Assembly: GCF_018350175.1 (NCBI RefSeq)
Contig: NC_058383.1
Span: 12,216,001 to 12,280,000 of the forward strand
Reading direction: 5' to 3'
Origin: Felis catus
Lineage: Eukaryota
Length of the DNA: 64,000 bases
The notes beneath the pieces are model-generated. The model ran no database searches. It was given only the letters and a program-made list of their open reading frames with translations, and was not told where the DNA came from. This document shows positions 35,794 through 48,432 of the stretch, piece after piece; position 1 is the first letter of the stretch; each line of letters starts with the position of its first letter. The translations under genes were made by a program, and so were the position numbers.

Positions 35794-36028
35794 TTTTTTT
35801 TTTTTTTCAACGTTTATTTATTTTTGGGACAGAGAGAGACAGAGCACGAACGGGGGAGGGGCAGAGAGAGAGGGAGAGACAGAATCGGAAACAGGCTCCA
35901 GGCTCCGAGCCATCAGCCCAGAGCCCGACGCGGGGCTCGAACTCCCGGACCGCCTCGAACTCCCGGACCGCGAGATCGTGACCTGGCTGAAGTCGGACGC
36001 TTAACCGACTGCACCACCCAGGCGCCCC
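35794..36028 (-). mobile_element. young SINEC_Fc with internal 18-bp duplication
   Basis: ctcgaactcccggaccgc x2. Confidence 0.96.
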
Positions 36029-36140
36029 TAAAAAAAAATTTTTTTAATGAAGTCGGATGTTTAGCCAACTTAGCCAAAAGCTTTCCTTTGCATAGGTTAC
36101 CTCTATCTACAATTACTGTATTAGAAATTGATATATTTTT

Positions 36141-36380
36141 TTAAAATTTTTAACGTTTATTTATTTTTTTTTCAACGTTTTTTATTTTATTTTTGGGACA
36201 GAGAGAAACAGAGCATGAACGGGGGAGGGGCAGAGAGAGAGGGAGACACAGAATCGGAAACAGGCTCCAGGCTCCGAGCCATCAGCCCAGAGCCCGACGC
36301 GGGGCTCGAACTCCCGGACCGCGAGATCGTGACCTGGCTGAAGTCGGACGCTTAACCGACTGCGCCACCCAGGCGCCCCG
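36141..36380 (-). mobile_element. young SINEC_Fc
   Basis: near-identical to the preceding copy. Confidence 0.96.
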
Positions 36381-37009
36381 CTTTCTCACTGTTTTTATGT
36401 TTTTTTTTCCACATTTCCACGCCCGCATCCTGAGACTAATCAGTTATCCTTTATACTTTTACTTCCCTCTGATACTTAGCAGTGACATCTGCAATTTCTA
36501 GGTGTTCAGGGGTCAAAATTTTAACGTGCCTCCTTGGCTAACCGAGACCTCAAGTTATTCGGTATCTCTACCCTCCTCCTAAACAGGGAGACGGACTTCG
36601 AACACTTCATGCCGATCACCCCCTCTTTCCCTGTGAGACTGCAGACTGGCATTTTAATTCCTTCTTCTGGGTGGGAAGCCCAGGATCTGTGGTTGTTGGA
36701 GAACGTGAGTAGCTTCCTTGCCCTTCCAGGGGGGACAGCCTTCCTTCCATCCGTCTAGAGCAAATGTCCTCGGCTTCAGTCTGATTGGACAATTCTGGTC
36801 TCATATCTTTTCCTTAACCAATCCTCTGCTCTTAGGGGAGGGACTTTACTGAGTAACTGAGGAAGTGGATGACCAGGGTCCCTGTAGGGAATGATGGATC
36901 GCCACCAGGCACAGACACAGGAGAACAGCATGCTGTCCTGGAGAGAAGGAGAGATTGCTATCTGTCAGCTCCAACCAGCAGACATCTGCCCTTCAAATAA
37001 AGGGGGAGT

Positions 37010-37220
37010 GGGGCGCCTGGGTGGCTCAGTCGGTTGAGCATCCGACTTCGGCTCAGGTCATGATCTCACAGTCCGTGAGTTCGAGCCCCCCGTCGGGCTG
37101 TGTGCTGACAGCTCAGAGCCTGGAGCCCGCTTCGGGTTCTGTGTGTCTCTCTCTCTCTCGGCCCCTCCCCTGCTCATGCTCTGTCTCTGTCTCAAAAATA
37201 AATAAAAACATTAAAAAAAA
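37010..37220 (+). mobile_element. CAN-SINE
   Basis: TSD caaataaagggggagt. Confidence 0.96.
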
Positions 37221-37334
37221 TTCAAATAAAGGGGGAGTTAACTGTGCAGTAGGTACACTACATTCATTCGCTTACTTATTCATTTAAATGATAGTTAGTC
37301 ATTCGTTTAAATATTAGATACTTGCCTTTCATGA

Positions 37335-37552
37335 GGAGTCTGGATGGCTCCGTCGGCTAAGCGTCTGACTCTTAGTTTCAGCTCAGGCCATAGTCTCATG
37401 GTTTGTGAGTTCGACCCCTGCATCAGGCTTCCTGCTGACAGGGCGGAGCCTGCTTGGGATTCTCTCTCTCTCTCTCTCTCTGCCCCTCCCCGGCTTGTTC
37501 TCTCTCTGTCTCTGTCTCTCTCAAAAATAAACAAACATTAAAAAAAAAAAAA
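37335..37552 (+). mobile_element. CAN-SINE (older)
   Basis: degenerate head, (CT)n, A tail. Confidence 0.92.
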
Positions 37553-38097
37553 TAGAGAATATATGCTCTTCCCACATTTCACACAGGCTGAGAACGGTTG
37601 GATAATTGCCCCGGGTCACAATAAATGGCGAGGCGCAGATGAGAACCAAGGCTGTCTGGTCCCCACAAACCAGCTCTGTATGGACACACATGCACCGAAT
37701 CCTGTATCTGGGACGCTTCGGGAACCCCGAGGTCACAGCGCTGCCGCCTTCCAGGGATGGAAGGATCCACGAAGGTGCCGAGGAGCAGAAAGATGTCCCA
37801 TGTCCCCGGGCTCGACTTCTGATCACCTACGTGACCTACATCTCAAATGTCCACATATGTAAAGTGACAAAAAGACTAGTTCCCACCTCTCAGGGTCCTG
37901 GAGAAAACCCAAATGAGAAAATCCATATAAATGCTAACCACCCGGCCGTGCTTGTAGTAAGGGTTCAATACACATTAGCCCAGGAAAAAATAGAAAGTGA
38001 CGTTCACTGGGAGACCTAACGAATGAGTCATAGGGCTGAGTCAGACCAACAGAGGAAAGAGGGGGGAAGAGGTGTAATACTCAAAAGAAAAGCCAGA

Positions 38098-38325
38098 GCG
38101 GCCCCTGGGTGGCTCCGTCGGTTAAGCATCTGACTTCGGCTCAGGTCATGATCTCACGGTTCGTGGGTTCCAGCCCCGCGTCGGGCTCTGTGCTGACAGC
38201 TCGGAGCCTGGAGCCTGCTTTGGATTCTGTGTCTCCCTCTCTCTCTGCCCCTCCCCGCTCATGTCCTGTCTCTCTCTCTCTCTCAAATATAAATAAACAT
38301 GGAAACAACAACAACAACAAAAGTA
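38098..38325 (+). mobile_element. CAN-SINE
   Basis: flanks aaagccagag; (AAC)n tail. Confidence 0.95.
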
Positions 38326-38911
38326 AAGCCAGAGATGATGTCCAGAGACAAGAGAAAGCAAAGGCTGAAAACTGGGTCGGGGCAGCTCGAGAAGGCGGGG
38401 GAGGAGGGAAGGAGGAAACTTTCCATGGAAAGGTCAGCAAGGACCTTTCTCCTACCATTTTCCGTTTAAGCAGGGAGGGTCACGAACAGGTTTTTTTCCA
38501 GGAATCCAGACCAGAGGTGGTGGCGGTGTGGACGAAGAGGCAGAAGAGACGGAAGGGAGAAGTGGATAAATCCAGGACGCGGCTAGGCCTGCTAAGCGAT
38601 TCAGTTCCGGGAAGAGCGAGGGAAGCATCACCATGGCAACCGGGCTTCAGTTTGGGAAAGAGGCAAGCAGAGGGGCCTCAGGGAGTAGCATAGTGGGGAG
38701 GCTCTGGGGTGCCGGTGAGACAGCCAGGTGGAGCCAACCATGGGGAATGATGGACGCCAGCAGAGGGTTCTGGGAAATTTGGGAACCGCGGCAGATTTAT
38801 GTCAGTAGTATCTCCATCTTTTCAAGGCAGCTTTGAATCTGGCCAAAAGAGTGCTTCTTCCAGCTTTTTAAGATGTGGTTAAGGAGATAGAACAAAAACA
38901 TAAGGAATCTG

Positions 38912-38944
<33 letters not shown>

Positions 38945-39349
38945 CGGCTGCCTGGGATGCAGATGTGATGGCTGGAGCCCCAAGGACCCGTCTCTGGCCA
39001 TGAGGTAGAAGTCAGGCTCTGAGGCTGTTGGGGCAGAAGGATGAGTGCTTGAGTCCCGGATGGCCTTGTGGAGCTGGCAGCAGCCCTCAGGCGCCCGCTT
39101 CTAGCACTCACTGGCCTACAAAAGGGAAAGCTATCAAAGAGACTCAACAGCAGCCAGGATGAGATTGCTGAGAACCACGGGGGCTGATGCCCAAGGAAAG
39201 CCAGAGAGGGTGTAGGTAGATGAGGCCCAAGTGAATTCCCTGATACAAAGAGGCTCTCTCTGTTGCGTGCCCCTGTGGAGGGGGATGAGCAAAGAAAGGG
39301 ACTCCACACGGTCCCCATGGACGAAGGCCTCAATCCCCCTCAAGCCAAA

Positions 39350-39790
39350 TACTTCAATGTCAGGAAGTCCTGACAGTTGGAAACCTTTTCCTTGTATGAA
39401 AAACAAAGCCTGCCTTCCGGTGATTTCCACCCGTAGCCTCCTAAAGACACACGGAATAAAATCCACAACGCTCAGCTTCAAGACAGGCCTTCCAAACTTC
39501 AAAGAGGACATAATTGTTCTTCGGTCCTCCCAGATGCGGACTCATTAACTGCCTCTCAAACATTCATCACGTCAAATTCCAGATCCTTCACAGCGTTCGT
39601 TACCCTCCTCTAAATGGACATTATCGTGTTAACATCCCCCCGTGGGCACCCGCTAAAGCAGGCCGGTGAGCCCCGCAGCCCATCACCTCCCTGGACCGGC
39701 ACCGTGCTCCTACTAATGCGACCAGAGTGGCACAGGTTTCTTCAGGCGCTGATCACCCCGCGGCCCGTACGGAGCGTGAGGCTCTTGTTA
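39350..39790 (-). mobile_element. L3/CR1 LINE remnant
   Basis: ctgacagttggaaaccttttcctt...ctgccttccggtgatttccacccg...ccatcacctccctggaccggcaccgtgctcctactaatgc resembles antisense CR1/L3 3' region. Confidence 0.65.
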
Positions 39791-40924
39791 CGTCAGCTCA
39801 CCCATCAAGGACAAACTTGTTGACATCTTTTTAAACGACATCCAACCTCTCTGCGGAAGTGGACAGAGAGATTAGATCCCAAAAGACAGTTCAGACGTGT
39901 TCCCTGACAGTGTCGGCTTGGAAATCAATTTTGATCTCTCGCCTATTATGTCAGGATGAAGCAGCCCCTAGAATACAACAGCCCCATTAGCAAAACAAAT
40001 GACACGGGGCCCTCAACCCTCCAGAGCATTTCCAGCCACCTACCTTCCCGCCGGTGACAAAGACAGTTGGCATTAGAGTGCCAACAAAGGGTGCCCGGCA
40101 ACAGAAGAAGCGACTACCCTAGAAACGCCTCGTTCCAAGCCGCACTCACAGAAACCAGAAGAAACTCTAGAATTCTGTCTAGAGAGGCCTTGCAAAAGAA
40201 TGAAAGACCACCGATGTCCAAATTTAAAAACCAGGGCTTCCTGGGTCCCCGCTGTAGTGGAAACTGGGTCCTGGAACACGCGCTCTCTTGGCCTCAACTC
40301 CTGTATCTACAAACACGGATCCCAGTATCTGTGTCGTGATATCTGCTTGGGTCAGAATATCTGCTTTGTGAGACCCGGGGATGACGTCAGCCCCTGAGCC
40401 AATGAGAACCACCCAGGGATGGCAACTATTAGCATAAACTGTCTAAGCCCACCTCCCACTTGGGGCGGGGCTTGTCTCCACGGCAACCCTCCAAGCCGAT
40501 TCCCCCAGGGGCTGATCCCAGCAGAAATATAGGTGCTGAAGGGCAGGTGGGGGTTGAGAGGAATTCCGATGGGGGGGTGGGGGGCAGGAAGAACCCAGGC
40601 GCTGGAACTTCTTTGGCTTCTGACCTTGTCACCTCGCCTATTAAATGGGCCCCATCATTACGGGCATCAGACACCGTAACGTTTTCTTGAAAGCGCTGCG
40701 AGGGATCTGGCGGACTCCTAGAGCAGCTTTGCTTCTTCGCCACACTCCCCTGCAGTCCGCGGCCTGTCCCCGGATGAAATCTTCGGAGCCTCCCCACCTT
40801 TTCTGGACTGGCCCCTCTCAGTCGAGAAGAGTATCAGGTCAGCGGACTAAAGCTCCAGATTTCATTCAGCTGAGGCTTCTCCCCTCCTCCCCGGTTGGGG
40901 GCCCCGTTTTAAACCCCGAGGCCT

Positions 40925-41140
40925 GGGGCGCCTGGGTGGCTCAGTCCGGTAAGCATCTGACTTCGGCTGGGGTCAGGATCTCACGGTTTCGGGGGTTCGA
41001 GCCCCGCGTCGGGCTCTGCGCTGACAGCTCGGAGCCTGGATCCTGCTTCGGATTCTGTGGCTCCCTCTCTCTCTGCCCCTCCCCTGCTCGTGCTCTCTCT
41101 CAAAAATAAACAAACATTAAAAAAAAAAAAAAAAAAAGAA
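40925..41140 (+). mobile_element. CAN-SINE
   Basis: full length. Confidence 0.95.
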
Positions 41141-42040
41141 TGTAAACCCTGATGTCTGCACTGGAGGAGCATCTGGAGCACCGGACCTTCCATTCTTCTC
41201 CAGCCCCTCCTCCCGCATCTGTCTGCTGCTTGGCTGCCCAGGACGATGGCAAGTTTGCCCGGAAGCATCCAGTTTAGGTCACTTGCCCAGACATGGTTAC
41301 TGAGAAGAGCGCTTTCTTTCTCTCAACGTCCTAGTTGGCACAGTCGGTGATATGGTCTCCCTACTTCTGACGCCTCTGCTGTCCAGTGGATAGAAGGATC
41401 TGGAAGAGCCTGAGAGGCAGGCCCGGTTTGACACGGTATTCGTTCTCTGCAGGGGGGACGGTGCCCAGAGCTGACTCCCGCCTTGTGGGGCAGGTGAGTG
41501 GGTTTCTCAGAGTGGCTCCCCCTGGGGACTTCAGCGCCCTCCTCAGAGCGAGGCATTGCCTGCCGGCACCTTCCAACTCTCTCCCCCAGCCCCCGGACTT
41601 CTGGCTGCCGCCTCTCAGGTTCTCCCTGGGAGGACCTTCCAGCCAGGATCCCTTTCATCCGGCTCCAGGCCACGTCCCACATCAGGGTCCATCAGGGTCT
41701 CTAGGTGTCTCTAGAATATACAGGACACACCCCCTTTGGCCTGACTTCTAAAAAAGGGCCGTAGAGGCAGCACCAGCCACCGCGTGGCACCTTCAGCCCT
41801 CTCTGGGTGGGAATTACACACTAGTGTGTGTTTCCCAGCATCAGGGACACAGGGCAGGCTCTTCCAGAGCGAAAGACCTTCCGCTTTGCTACCTCGAGGA
41901 GGCAATGGGAAAAAACAAACAAACAAACATGGGACTCCAGTAGTTTCTCCCAACAAAAAACATGGACGCCCCACCCGTGAATCCTCGGGAGTCACTGTTG
42001 GGCCGAGCGTCTTCACCGCGAAGGCGTTTAACAAAAATGG

Positions 42041-42253
42041 GTTTTTAATGTTTATTTATTTTTGAGAGAGACAGAGAGAGACAGAGCACGAGCAGGGGAG
42101 GGGCAGAGAGAGAGGGAGACACAGAATCCGAAGCGGGCTCCAGGCTCCGAGCGGTCAGCCCAGAGCCCGACGCGGGGCTCGAACTCACGGACCGCGAGAT
42201 CATGACCTGAGCTGAAGTCGGGCGCTCAACCGACTGAGCCACCCGGGCGCCCC
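42041..42253 (-). mobile_element. CAN-SINE
   Basis: reverse-complement full length. Confidence 0.95.
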
Positions 42254-42771
42254 TTTTTAAAAAAAAAAAAATTTTAGTATTTATTTATTTATTTATTTTA
42301 CTTTTGAGAGAAACGCATTTTATAAAAATCATGCTACGTAGAACAATTGTCACAGCAGCCAACATTTCCTGAGCGATCACCATGTGCTAGGCGCCATGCC
42401 AGGAGCTTTATGTCTGTTCCCCAATCCCTGAGAAAATCCCGTGGGCTGGGGCCCATCGTCAGCTCCGTCCTCCAAGGTCAGCTACGTTATCTTGCGAAGC
42501 GTTCTCCGCCCCCCAGCCCACCCCCCAAGCCCCCCGAAATGCCGGTTGACCCAGAACTGCTTTTCCGAGGCTGCTTCTCCGTGGTTCGGGGTCAGCCCTG
42601 AGGAACCACAAGAAAAAAGTCTGGTGTTGAAGGCCACGTGTAACTCTTACGGAAATAACTTCTACCCTTTCCCCAAACTCCCCACGACGCGGAGCATCCC
42701 TTCATCCTGTCCGCTCATCTCTCGGGGATCTAAACCTTGCCTCTGCTCTTCTGTGTCCGGAGCGAACACAA

Positions 42772-43071
42772 CCAGAAGCAAGGTTTGAAAGCCAGCGTCT
42801 GGAGCCACGGATATGAGAGCAAGTTAGCAGGGTGACAGCGAGCCACAGGAACACGGCCGTCCACGGCCGCCCTTCCGATGGTAAGATGTCATCACGGAAA
42901 GGGCCAAACGCAAACCACTAGCCTCTCCGAGCCCGACTCGTGCAGCGCGGTCGGTGACACTGCCCTACCTGGGCGCGCGATGGCTTTCCGCTCCCCGCTT
43001 TCTAACACACGCGCACACATGCGTGTGGTGTCCTCGCTCTGATGGACAGAACGACAAGGGGTCTTGGTTTC
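42772..43071 (+). repeat. 300-bp dispersed duplication, copy 1 (paralog 50949-51248)
   Basis: manual gap-free alignment, 7 mismatches in 300 bp. Confidence 0.97.
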
Positions 43072-43274
43072 CATTTGTCGAGAGCCTCGCCTGTGAGGTG
43101 GACTATTCAGGCTTTACCCGAAACAAACCTATCAGATGGACACGATTATTATACCTGTGTTCAAACATCCATGTTCTAACTTACAAGCCATGGGACGCTA
43201 CTTATGTACAGAACCCAGATAGGGAGTATTAGATAATCAAAAACACAGAAAAGGTGATAGCAACCCCCCTGGAC

Positions 43275-43490
43275 CCGCGGGGCTCACCCAAAGCAGGGCC
43301 GGAGCTCACGCTACGCGGAGCTCATTCTCGTCCGACGTGGGACTCGAACTCAGGAACCATAAGATCGTGACCCGAGCCAAAGTCAGATGCTCAACGACTG
43401 AGCCGCACAGCATCCCCCCGCCCTTTGTTTTTAGAGACGGAGAGAGGGCACAAGTGAGCAAGGGGCAGAGAGAGAGAGAGAGAGAGGGAA
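43275..43490 (-). mobile_element. SINEC_Fc3-like CAN-SINE pieces
   Basis: ggggctcacccaaagcagggccggagctcac...gggactcgaactcaggaaccataagatc, followed by a second tail fragment. Confidence 0.75.
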
Positions 43491-44427
43491 CCGAGGCACT
43501 AGCTACGTTGCAGCGGACGAGCCGCTTAATTCCCTTCGACCCTAGTGTCCCCGTGCAACATGCTGGGGCAAGAATGTGTCAGCGCCTTTTTAAGGAACAC
43601 ACGGATCCGAAGGTAAGAAAGCCATCACACCTTTGCTTCTCGTTTCTGCCACTTGTATTAAGCGTGCGGCTCCTGGGTCCACACTGCGCCGACCAGATTC
43701 CCCGTTTGCCGAGCCGACCCCGCGGTCTACGACCCAGCTAAGTATTTGCCGGTGGAAAAATGGACACACAGTGGAACAAGGGAGGCGCCCCGAAAACAAC
43801 ATCGGTCCTGTTAAATGACTCCTTCACGGCCCTCCCTGGAGGAGAAAGCACCTCGGCGACAGTCCCACTTCACAGAAGCTCTGAGGCAGAGGGTTCCGGC
43901 CACGAGCTCATACCCGTCATTTGTGCAGGTTGCTTGGGATCTGTTTTCCTCACCCCTCCCTCCAGCCCGGCAGGGGTGCCTTCATGCCTCCAACATTACA
44001 AACGACAGGAGAGCCTGGTGACCCCCACCTCCCCCCCCCCGGGTCCCCATCACCCTCTGCGTCCCCAGGTGAATGCCCCTTCACCTCCGTGAAGTCCAGA
44101 ACAGCTGCTCTCCACCCGAGCCACGAAACTGCCAACAAGGCGAATTGAGAATTCCTGACAAAGAGCCAGGCTTCTGGGAGTTTCCGGACGGTAAAGCAGT
44201 TTAGTCCCTGTCATTCACAGGATCCGTGCGGCCCAAGATAACACTGGCACAGTAACCAGGGACTCTCTCTGACTGGAGGTGCCCGTGACAGAGCCATTAG
44301 CAAAGTGACGTCCGTAAGGATTTGATGAGAAAGCAAGACCCGGATTCTGATCAAAGCAGCCACAGGGGTGGCAAGACCCCCCTGGGATGGGCTTGGGGCC
44401 TGCCTCCCCAGCGGAGCAGATCAGCCC

Positions 44428-44608
44428 CGGGGCGCCTGGGTGGCTCTGTCAGTGGGGCGTCCGACTTTGGTCATGCTGAGGTCACGATCTCATAGTTCGT
44501 GGGGTTGAGCCCACAAACAGTGCGGAGCCTGCTTGGAATTCTCTGTCTATCCCTTTCTTTCTGCGCCCCCCCCCCCAAATAAATAAATAGACTTAAAAAA
44601 AAAAAAAA
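44428..44608 (+). mobile_element. CAN-SINE with internal deletion
   Basis: head and A tail. Confidence 0.9.
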
Positions 44609-44774
44609 TCAACCATAAGCAAAAGGATTCTCCGAAGTTGCACCTGAACATACACTAGAGATTCCTTCCTTCCTTCTGCCTGAACAGTAATCTTTAATAA
44701 AAGCAACTATTTATTCTTTAGAGCCTGACACGGTTAGCTTCTCCGGCATTTCCACCTCAAGATAAAGCATGTTA

Positions 44775-45010
44775 GGGGCGTCTGGGTGGTTCAGTCACTT
44801 GAGCGTCCGACTTCGGCTCAGGTCTGATCTCACCGTTTGGGAGTTCGAGTCCTGCGTCGGGCTCCGTGCTGACAGCTCAGAGCCTGGAGCCTGCTTCGGA
44901 TTCTGTGTCTCCTCCTCTCTCTGCCCCTCCCCTGCTCATGCTCTGTCTTTGTCTCTCTCTCTCTCTCAAAAATAAATAAAACTTTTTAAAAAATTAAAAA
45001 AAAAAAAAGA
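44775..45010 (+). mobile_element. CAN-SINE
   Basis: full length. Confidence 0.95.
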
Positions 45011-45429
45011 AGGGACTTCTCCAGGCAGAAGGGGGGCGGGGGGTGTCACATCGGAGCCGGAGAAAAGTGTGAGGAACCCTTCAATCAGCAGCAAGCCCCG
45101 AACTCAGTCTGGAGACTACCCATCACTCCTCACTCGGCTCACCCTGGGCCAGCTTGCGGATTTTGACACGTAACTCGTGACCAGCTGCCTGCCCGGTCCA
45201 AAACATATAGTCTCAGTTTCCCAGAAAAGAACGCATCGTTCTTTAGCCTGTGTCTCACTCTGTCACACCTCTGCAGTGCCCGAGAAGTTCAACAACGTAC
45301 GTGTTTCTTCACAACATAACAACGAGCATTCGAATTTCCCAACATACGATGAGAAGTTCCGCCGGCGGAACCATCGCGAGCCCACGCGGGGATCCCCCAA
45401 GTGACAAGAGTAGCAGCCGCAACAACAGA

Positions 45430-45730
45430 GCAGAAAAGACATAAATTAATCTCTGATGGGGGGGAGGGGTGAGGGGGCGGGTCTCTCTGATTCTCTAAGT
45501 GTATATTTACAGCTGATCATCCCCGCCCCCCAAAAGCCACATAAGCGAACTCGATGGACACGTTGTAATATTTGGTCATCAAAGGACACTTGGCTCCTTT
45601 GAAGCCTCAAAGTTTCCATCACTTGCATTTTGGCTACAAGTGTCGACTTTTCTGCCAAAGCAACTTTGGATTCTCTGCCTTTGGTCCCGATAATTTTCCT
45701 GGAAATCAGATGGGACGATTAGACTCCCCC
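45430..45730. promoter_or_regulatory. candidate enhancer (TCF/LEF x2 + STAT)
   Basis: CATCAAAGG 45577-45585, CCTTTGAAG 45596-45604, TTCCTGGAA 45696-45704. Confidence 0.4.
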
Positions 45731-46424
45731 CCCCCCGCCCCCCCCCCCCCGCAATTGGAGCTGCACCTCCAGGCTGAGAGAAGGGAACCAGAGGCTAACC
45801 TACCTTCTACACAGTTCTTCTTCTCCACCGGTCTACACTGTGCACGGTAACATAGTAACATACGTGTTCACGGAGACGTACCTTAATTAAAGTCATTAAG
45901 AGGGTTATTGGTCCGTGTCTTGCTTTGGATTCACTCCCCCCACCCCCGACATATTCTGGAATAAGGGACTGGAGGCAGGCCCTTCATTTGGAATGTGTTC
46001 CCAGGAGCGGGCCACCTGGGTTCAACGCAACCATAACCTTCCAAGCTGTCCTAAGCAGCCCTCCTTAGGATCAGTCCATCAAGGGATATTTATATCTATC
46101 TCCCTGACCACGTTTCTCATCGGTGAAAAGTTATCCCTGGGGGTGTCAAATGCCCGGCATTCAGGGGCCGCCCCACACCCAGGCAAGTCCCCAGGGCCCT
46201 GGAGAAAGCCCCCAGGGGGGCCGAGAGCAGCTGCTGTGGACACCTGAGGGGGATGGGGGGGGGTGCGGGGAGCCTCATAACACACAGTAATCTCCACGTC
46301 CCTGCAGGTGAACTCAGGGCAGAGCCCGAGGGACACGAGGCACCGCATGAGCGTCTTCCACTGCCCTTACTGGGATCGCTGGTTCTTGGAAGATTTCATC
46401 TGAAAGTGATGTTGGAGATGTAGG

Positions 46425-46945
46425 GGTTTGTGTTCGTTTCCTCCGCAAACAACTGAAATTTATCCTCTCGCCGTTCTGGAGACCAGAAGTCTGAAACCCC
46501 CGGGGTCGGCAGAACCACGCCCCCTCGGAAGGTTCCACGAAAGAACGTGTCTCTCTTCTCCCAGCCCCGGGTGCCTCCAGGCAGGCGTTCCTCGGCTTGT
46601 GGCCGGGTGGCCTCTGTAAAGACACTTGTCATCGGATTTAGCGCCCCCCGGGTAATCGAGGCCATCTCACCTCGAGGCCCTTAATGTACATCTTTATTTT
46701 TTTTTTCAACGTTTTTTTTTTTTTATTTTTATTTTTGGGACAGAGAGAGACAGAGCATGAACGGGGAGGGGCAGAGAGAGGGAGACACAGAATCGGAAAC
46801 AGGCTCCAGGCTCCGAGCCATCAGCCCAGAGCCTGACGCGGGGCTCGAACTCACGGACCGCGAGATCGTGACCTGGCTGAAGTCGGACGCTTAACCGACT
46901 GCGCCACCCAGGTGCCCCTTAATGTACATCTTTAAAGACTCTTCT
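46425..46945 (-). mobile_element. MLT1 LTR interrupted by a SINE
   Basis: aacaactgaaatttatcctctcgccgttctggagaccagaagtctgaaa...gacacttgtcatcggatttag. Confidence 0.8.
46696..46918 (-). mobile_element. young SINEC_Fc
   Basis: perfect TSD ttaatgtacatcttt 46681-46695 / 46919-46933. Confidence 0.97.
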
Positions 46946-47224
46946 CCCGCCAAAAAAGTAACTCTTCCTATGGAGCAAAATCCGCTGGCATTTACTGAGA
47001 GCCTCCCCTGTGATGCGGGCTATTCAGGCTTCCCCCCAAATTAGCTCATCGGATCCTCCAAACAAACCTGTCAGCCAGACACGATTTTTATACCCATGTT
47101 CAAACGCCCATGTTCTAACTCACAAGCCGTGGGCCTCTGGTTAGGACGTCTGCTTCTCAGATCGAACACAACCAATTGTTTGATGAATCTGTGATGCTGT
47201 TCGGACAAGGTGCCTGCAAGGAGA

Positions 47225-47290
47225 CGTTCAAAGAGTGGACCCCTTGTTTCCATCTTGCACCGGGCGGCGCGCATCACGTAGCCGGTCCTG
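47225..47290 (+). mobile_element. MER45A-like terminal fragment
   Basis: ttgcaccgggcggcgcgcatcacgtagccggtcctg resembles the MER45A terminus. Confidence 0.5.
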
Positions 47291-47567
47291 TCAGCGGATG
47301 TGAATTCCAAGCAGCGGATTCCAGATCCACCTGGAGAATTCTCCTTTCACGCAGAGCGACGCATTCCCTCCGGAGGCGATGTTCCCCCTTTCGGCGCCTA
47401 TATTCACGCAGACGCCAGACAAGCACACGGTGGAGACGTTAGAGAAATAATTTACTTCTCAAGTAAAGGGTTAGAGCAAGCCAACACCCGGGGACCAGCC
47501 ACATCATTCAGAGTAACGACAGCATCTGAGATGACAGCAAATGGCCTCCCATGACCCATCCTTCACG

Positions 47568-47752
47568 GCAGTGGATTCTGACCGGGGGCGGGTGCGAACC
47601 AGAATCACTTGGCTTAGAGTTTGTTCGAGATAAACGTGCCCAGGCCCTACTCAAAACAGTGACTCCAAATCTTTAAGGGTGGGACGGGTGCGTGAATCCT
47701 TGGAAACTCTCTCCTGATGACTTTTACAGGCCCCCTGATTAAGGACCACGTC
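47568..47752. mobile_element. MER5-like relic
   Basis: cagtggattctg...cagaatcacttgg...tgcccaggccctactc...ttaaggaccacg. Confidence 0.6.
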
Positions 47753-48191
47753 CCAAACAAGGGCCGTCTGGCTCCTGTCCACGTAGACACCACGTAAAAG
47801 GAACCCAGCACTTTGTTACATTCAAAGAGAGGGCTGGCGTTGAAACCAGGTTGTCCCTGCTCAGTCCCCAGACCTTTGGTCCCGCCGGAGTTGCAACTAT
47901 ACTTACCCTGCCCTAACCTCCAACATCTCAAATATCCCAAACTGCTCAACAAAACAGAAGATGACCCAGAAACTTAAAAAGAAGACAGAACCAAGGACAG
48001 AACGGACTTCATCAACAACCGCCCTCCCCCCCCAACCTCACTGCCACAAAAAACGTCAGATGAGCCCTCTGTCAATCCGTCCTATAGACCTTTTCCTATT
48101 TTCCGGCTTCTTCGTTATAATAACAGAATAAAGGATTGACAGAATCACGTTGTACAGATTAAGAAAATCCTAAAGGGTCCTCAGTGCCATG

Positions 48192-48269
48192 TTTTTTTTT
48201 TCTTAGTTTATTTATTTATTTTGAGAGAGAGAACACAGCAGGGGAGGGACAGAGAAAGAGAGGGAGAAG

Positions 48270-48315
<46 letters not shown>

Positions 48316-48432
48316 ATTCCAAGCAGACTGAGCTGTCGGTGCAGGGCCCCATGTGGGGCTCGAACTCATGAATCACAAGATCATGACCTGAGCCAAAGTC
48401 GGATGTTTAACCGACTGAGCCACCCAGGCAAC
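48192..48432 (-). mobile_element. CAN-SINE with (GA)n
   Basis: reverse-complement full length. Confidence 0.93.

Larger units (their letters stand above)
34990..36520 (-). mobile_element. old L1M ORF2 remnant interrupted by three SINEs
   Basis: AT-rich antisense L1-like sequence (gtcaatttttgcaaatgt; attatggatctgtccaattctcc; ctcagcgtctgcctctcgacttagga). Confidence 0.55.

Noticed and set aside
35416..36144. Longest ORF in the window (242 aa)
   Set aside because: Antisense old L1 fused to a SINE; no coding signature
39134..39548. Overlapping 105-125 aa ORFs with protein-like composition
   Set aside because: They overlap a degenerate L3/CR1 remnant; no recognisable host protein
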